Source: Macrostomum lignano | Taxonomy: Eukaryota | NCBI GenBank assembly: GCA_002269645.1 | Contig: NIVC01002537.1 | Span: 1 to 26,219 of the forward strand | Length of the DNA stretch: 26,219 nucleotides | Reading direction: 5' to 3' | In this document: piece by piece, positions 1-26,219 of the stretch | Position numbering within the stretch: position 1 is the first letter of the stretch | How the letters are laid out: the number at the start of each line of letters is the position of its first letter | Notes under the pieces: model-generated | What the model was told of the DNA's origin: nothing | The model's input: the letters and a program-made list of their open reading frames with translations, nothing else | Database searches by the model: none | Position numbers and translations under genes: made by a program

Positions 1-240
1 GCATGCATTTGTTACAGAAGTTCTCCATGATATACATAAAAAATTTATGAGTGAATTTACTTCCATTGCATCGAAAGTTTTTCAAACTATGAATCTTGAA
101 TAAAATAACAAAATCAAGACGATAGAAGACGAATTTCGCCGAATCATAACGGGTTTATATCGAATGTAGGATAGTGCAGCTAATGAAAAAAATTGATCAA
201 TCTTCAATAAGTCTTCAGCATGCAAGAGAAACACGTGACA

Positions 241-25925
<25,685 letters not shown>

Positions 25926-25948
25926 CTGGAATCGATTTGTTTAATTCG

Positions 25949-26219
25949 GTAATAATAAAATAATAGCAATTGATTACACCTGCCTCAATTGGCCAGATGC
26001 GCAACCGACAGCTCAGCCGCAGCTATTGCGCGGCGCATCTGAAGGCTGCGTACGGGCTGTTCAGTTCAAGGACTGGGGGGTCGCCACACACACCTCAATT
26101 GCCCCAGCTAATGCTGGCACCCATTTTACAGCTGGGTGAACTGAAGCAATGCAGAGCTAAGTGTCTTGCTCAAGGATAAAAAATGTTCCGAGTGGGTCGA
26201 GAATCGAACCCCGGACTTT
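25949..26219 (-). mobile_element. tRNA-derived SINE family A, copy 3 (truncated by window edge)
   Basis: Near-identical to copy 1 up to the end of the window. Confidence 0.9.

Overview
This is animal genomic DNA, not prokaryotic. One intron-rich gene on the minus strand spans almost the whole window (about 241-25925). By hand I reconstructed about 38 exons (about 9.5 kb, about 3150 aa) encoding about 26 tandem, strongly diverged CUB domains. The gene appears to end at a stop near 241, with no transmembrane segment. This architecture matches the C-terminal CUB array of cubilin (27 CUBs); the N-terminal/EGF part would lie beyond the right edge. Most junctions are phase-compatible GT-AG, one is GC-AG, and several exons carry single-base indels in G/C/T runs (consensus errors are more likely than pseudogenisation). 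Introns between about 10.4 and 24.1 kb almost all carry their own tandem array. Other intronic elements are three copies of a tRNA-derived SINE, a probable second SINE, a 9-bp-TSD MITE and a hairpin-dense patch. The most unusual features are two minisatellites whose units copy the adjacent 3' splice junction in frame. Most long ORFs in the supplied track come from repeats or are antisense shadows of exons. The repeat-laden, GC-rich-exon style resembles Macrostomum-like flatworm assemblies (inference only). I found no CRISPR array, phage or defence system.
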